DNA of 63,713 nucleotides, filler included, from Craspedostauros australis (Eukaryota): NCBI GenBank assembly GCA_030167865.1. It is 10 parts of 10 records of this genome, joined end to end, with 100 filler letters (N's around TTAATTAATTAA, not from the genome) between each part and the next. Parts side by side here need not be neighbours in the genome. Positions count along the whole stretch, not along the records: positions 53,280 to 62,324 come from JALAGF010003595.1; positions 62,425 to 63,713 come from JALAGF010003598.1; 8 more parts are not named here. One strand, 5' to 3'. Shown piece by piece: positions 59,418 to 63,713 of this stretch (position 1 is its first letter; each line of letters starts with the position of its first letter). The notes under the pieces were generated by a model. It saw only the letters and a program-made list of their open reading frames with translations, ran no database searches and was not told where the DNA came from. The position numbers and the translations under genes were made by a program.

Positions 59418-60059
59418 CAAGTCAACTCAACAGAGGTTGGCGGTGTTGAATTGAATTGAATTGAACTGTGGTGTATGTTGCAATGGTATGGGAGAGATGA
59501 GTGTGATGCTCGTGTGGGTGCTTGAGGATGTGCGAGGATGGTCTTGTGAGAGATGACGATGCTGATTGTTCGCCATTTCTGTGAAGATCATGCGTGTCGA
59601 ATGAGGCGTTTCCGGACGGCCTCTTCGCGGATTTCCGTGGATCGCATTGAGACCCGAGCGTTGTCTCAGTCACGAATATGAAACAAGCCAAATGCCCACG
59701 CTACGAATAGCGTGTGTAGAGAGCCTTGTTGTGTGATCCTCCCCAAATGGAGTTGAATGGACAGGCCAAACTCGTGGAGAGAGCATGCCATAGAGAAAGA
59801 GGGGACTGTCGCCATGCACACTCTATCATTCATCGTATCTCAGCAACTATCCTTCTGGTAGTATGCACATGCAGAGGAGTGTATCGTGCGTACTACGCAC
59901 CATATGATTACCTTGAATTGCAACTATTATTATTATTATTATTATAAAACCCTTAACGTTTGGGCGAACGCCCCTTACTAGTCCTCATGTCATACATCAC
60001 AAAGTGCCTCTGCATCATATCACACATGGCAACACAGCGCCACAAAAACCCTCCTCTGC

Positions 60060-61292
60060 CTACAGATGCATCGTGATACCGATTGCCCACACGAGTGAGG
60101 CGAGAACGGATGACGAAAACAGCAGCAGCAGCATGCTTCCGCTGTTTGAGTTGGCAGCGGAATCGTGGCTCGACTCGCTGCCATCCGTGCTATTCCCGCC
60201 ATCCGAAGCCACCGCATCGTAGTCGGGGAAGATCGGCTTGCCTCCGGCCTTGGCCTGGGCTGCCTCAAAATCAGATCGGCACAAACCCGCCCTGCCGATC
60301 ATGTGCAGCCGGATGAGCCCCTTGGCATGATCGTAGTCCGTGGACACGGTGTCGGGAAGGGACTTGATCGTCGACTCATGGTATTTCAAGGAGAACGAAC
60401 GGACCTTGTCTGGTGCCATGTTGGCGCTTGCGTCGTGGGACAGCACCCTGTACGGTGCCTTGACGCGGAACATGGACACATCGCCGTCGTACGTCGCCAT
60501 CTGAAATGAAAGCTCCTGCCAAAGGTCCGGCGATGATGGCGTCAGCGTGCGGTCCCATTGGCGCAGTCCCACATGCGGCACAAGCGCGCGCGTGGGTTCG
60601 AAGGAAAACCCAAGGGGCATGTTCACGGTGGCTGCCGTGTTGGAAAGGGCCCGCGGCACGACGAAGAATTGCTTCCCCGTGCCCTCGGATTGCCCTGACC
60701 ATTCGCAGAACGGATCGATCGAATCTGGGAACGCCTGGGTGCAGTTCATGACGGCGACACGGTACTGCGGCGTGGCTCTGTAGAACGAGAATTCGTACGT
60801 CGGGGCTGCCCACCCGGCGGGCTCCTCTCCGCATGCACGCCAGTCGATGGAAAGGTGCTGAAATCCGATGGTGGCCTGGACGTATTTTGGCAATTCCTCC
60901 CAATGCTCACGTGAGCTCATCCACAGCATGCCGTCCTTCCCGTGGGTCCTCGGTTCGTCCCTGTCGCACTGGTTCTTGAAGCCGAACGACCTTGTTCCGC
61001 CGTTGGGCAGGTTGTCGTCGTGCTCCATCTGGAAGACGAATTCGAATAGGCATTGATCGCTGACAGTGAGAGACCAGCCTGGGCGAAAGCGCGCCCACGA
61101 ATTGGTGCCCAGCAAGCTCAGATCGATGCCATCATCCGCGTCCATCGTTTCATTCGCGCCCACGAGGAACGACGGCGCCATCGATGGCGACATCGACGCG
61201 AACATTGGCCATGTCGAAGTCGTTGGACGCTGCGTCACATCGAAGGCGAGCAACGACAGCGCCAATCCCAATGGCGATACAGAGAACTTCAT
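60060..61292 (-). CDS. Secreted, probably GPI-anchored protein with a degenerate DUF5602/TTHB210-like domain, ~410 aa
   Basis: Signal-like MKFSVSPLGLALSLLA from the ATG at 61292. FQHLSIDWRACGEEPAGWAAPTYEFSFY, VPHVG and YDGD motifs. Ser-rich spacer followed by a terminal hydrophobic stretch. Confidence 0.7.
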   Translation of the reverse strand: MKFSVSPLGLALSLLAFDVTQRPTTSTWPMFASMSPSMAPSFLVGANETMDADDGIDLSLLGTNSWARFRPGWSLTVSDQCLFEFVFQMEHDDNLPNGGTRSFGFKNQCDRDEPRTHGKDGMLWMSSREHWEELPKYVQATIGFQHLSIDWRACGEEPAGWAAPTYEFSFYRATPQYRVAVMNCTQAFPDSIDPFCEWSGQSEGTGKQFFVVPRALSNTAATVNMPLGFSFEPTRALVPHVGLRQWDRTLTPSSPDLWQELSFQMATYDGDVSMFRVKAPYRVLSHDASANMAPDKVRSFSLKYHESTIKSLPDTVSTDYDHAKGLIRLHMIGRAGLCRSDFEAAQAKAGGKPIFPDYDAVASDGGNSTDGSESSHDSAANSNSGSMLLLLFSSSVLASLVWAIGITMHL

Positions 61293-61500
61293 TCCGCGTT
61301 GTATTGTACCCGTGGTTGTTGCGGTTGTTGTCGACGGAGGCAGCCTTGCTTCACCAATACCGTGTTGGGAGATGGTGACTTGCACTCTTGTCTTGCAGGC
61401 AGATCCTGACCTGGTTGTCGCTTCGATTTTGAGCTTTCCACACAAACGGGGCTTGGGGGTCGATGATGCAAACAGCGACGGAGCGCGGTGGTATTATACT

Positions 61501-62324
61501 TGACAAGGAATACGAGCAGCTCGTACAAGATGTGATGCCCGCCCGGCAAGGGGGAACTTTGTATCCGATGTCCGACGTTTGTCACATGGATTGTTTCGCG
61601 ACCCTATTCGACATTTTGGCGCCACTCTGTTCAATCGTGGTTGTTGGCAGAAAGGATACGATGACCATCAACGAATGACCATTGTGGGACCTCATCCGAC
61701 GGAGTCGAAACTGTTGGCATACCCATGGGCCTGACGAAGGACAGACGGTCCGCAAGGCCCTCACACAGGAGGAGACACAGAGCCATCCGTCTCCTGTCCT
61801 CATAATACTCTCCGATCCTCATCCTACACACAGTATAACATCATAGCATCACACTATCACCCTCACGATACTGACAGGTTCTGGCCTTTTCACGCTTTGC
61901 GTGTTTTGTAACCGACCTCTGCGTATGCTTATCGTTTAAGGACGTTCATTCCCTTACGGTTTGCAGCTTTTCGTTCAAGGACGTACATTCCCTTACGATT
62001 TGCAGTATCCACATCATGCCTTCCAACACCCCCGCCCATCGCCTCGCTCCATCATCCGCCATGTCCTTCGATGCATCTGACACATGCGCAGGGCTGCCCG
62101 ACAGTCTCGTCACCGCTGAGACCATCACGCGCCGCCTCGGATGGATTTGGTTGGCAACGCTGCTCGCAGACATGCAGGTTGAGTGCGACGATGAGTTCTT
62201 TGATCTGCTTGAACTCTCAGAGCACGAGTTCTATGCATGCATGTGCGCGTCACCAGTGGTCACCATCATCCGCATGCGCAATATGTGGAAGCTCCGCTCG
62301 TGGTATCAGGACTTTGGTCAGGGC
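61501..62324 (+). mobile_element. Possible 5' end of an LTR retrotransposon: LTR 61501-61876, PBS-like site, leader repeat, gag-like ORF from 62016
   Basis: A TG...CA-bounded 376-bp segment is followed at once by GGTTCTGGCC, close to the Copia half-tRNA PBS GGTTATGGGCC. A 39-bp tandem repeat follows at 61927-62005, then an ORF running into the spacer. Confidence 0.4.
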
Positions 62325-63713
62325 NNNNNNNNNNNNNNNNNNNNNNNNNNNNNNNNNNNNNNNNNNNNTTAATTAATTAANNNNNNNNNNNNNNNNNNNN
62401 NNNNNNNNNNNNNNNNNNNNNNNNGACAATGAATGCAAAGTGTGAATACAAAAATGAAGAAAGGAAATTGTGTGACAAGATGGAAATCTTGGTCTCGTGA
62501 TTCGCCACCAAGAACAAGAAAACGATGACGACAACAAAGCAAAATGAGAAACAAAGCACAATTTGTGTGAAGCAAGGACTCTGAATTCACGGTCAGTGGA
62601 TTTCTCAACAAGTGTGGTCTCCAGTTTGTGTTAGGAGGTGGTTCCGGTTGGCTGTCTCCTGAGAGGGCGGAAACCTTCCTTTGGAGGGCGGTTTTCCTTC
62701 GGAGGAAGAATTGGCCCTCGCTGAACCCCCAATCTTCCTCCAGAGGAAGGGTGTACTAAGAACACCGCGAAACAAACTCACAGGAATCACCTCGTTGCCT
62801 CCGAAATCGACACAAAGTCTCATAAAACAGATCAATCATCAGATTGGAAACGCCAGCAACCAGCAATCAACTAACACCCAGCAGGCGTAAGAAAGAGACA
62901 AGCCCCTCTGAGGCCGCAACGAAGAGAAACAGCTCAAAAGGTACGCGCACATCATGAAGGAAGGGGGATGGAAGCCGAGCTGATGCATGAGGAAGATTCG
63001 ACAGCGCACACGCACACACGCACACCTACACAACGGAGAATGTATTCATTTGCAAAACCGACGTCAAGACGCGCGCGAACCGCGGATAGCGTCGCAGATG
63101 AAGCAGCAGCACTGATGAAAGGGCATCACGCACCAACGCTCAAGACGCAAGATACTTACGAGTGTGAGCACCATACCTACTACATTCCAGTCAATCTTCG
63201 CGCCTCGTTATGCGGCGGTGCTGCGGCGCCTGTCGGTGGCGACCATCTCGTTCAGGATGCCTCGTGTCATGCCAATGTCCGACACGCGCCACTCCCATCC
63301 AGGTGCTCAAATCCCGCACCTCCAAGCCGAATTAACTCAAGCTGCTCTTTCCCATCACGTTTCTTCTCTCCCCTTCCCTTCCCTTCCCTTCGTCTGCGCA
63401 ACTGATGCCTCCTGTGTGCGCAATCTTGACGTGATTGAATCGTCACGATGTTGTGTCGATTGATGGATATCGTTAATCTTCATTGATTGCCATCTTTGTT
63501 GTTGCTCGCCACCACGTATTGCGTCATTTCACACACCAACAATTACGCTCACACAAACGACCACATCACTGCAACACTCACAATCGTTGCCGTTCTTCGT
63601 GGGACGGAACTCGCCGCCAAACTTACACATGATGCTCGCATTGCCAATCTCAACCCATACGTGATTCATACCAACCCATTCTTCTGGCACGTACGCATAC
63701 ATGCACACATACA

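Noticed and set aside
61274..61286. U6-like GATACAGAGAA box
   Set aside because: The match stops there and lies within a CDS on the opposite strand.

Overview
Eukaryotic nuclear DNA, most likely a pennate diatom (inferred from GT-AG introns, receptor cyclase/PDE fusions, stand-alone COG3899-type STAND ATPases, Copia elements and RXL-motif secreted proteins). The window is ten sequence pieces joined by nine identical artificial 100-nt spacers (N44-TTAATTAATTAA-N44), so gene order across spacers is not reliable. Supported genes: a two-exon TM-sensor/class III cyclase/class I PDE fusion (709-4639); a ~1600-aa secreted vWA/mucin-like Cys-rich protein whose 5' part appears twice because two contigs overlap by 1314 bp in opposite orientation; a three-exon periplasmic-binding-protein/TM/kinase/pseudo-cyclase receptor (19229-23920); two STAND ATPases with helical repeats; a MATE fragment; a truncated SPF45-like protein; an ankyrin/coiled-coil/BTB protein; a DAO/TDA3-like FAD oxidoreductase; and a GPI-anchored DUF5602-like protein. 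Mobile DNA includes Copia pol fragments, two LTR-like families found in reciprocal order, a decayed piggyBac with one intact end that abuts a LINE-ORF1-like element, and an intron-containing DDD transposase-like fragment. The most interesting signals are the non-canonical cyclic-nucleotide receptors, the RXL-flanked vWA adhesin candidate, and repeated CGA>TGA decay consistent with CpG methylation. Domain calls come from motif recognition by eye; no database searches were run.
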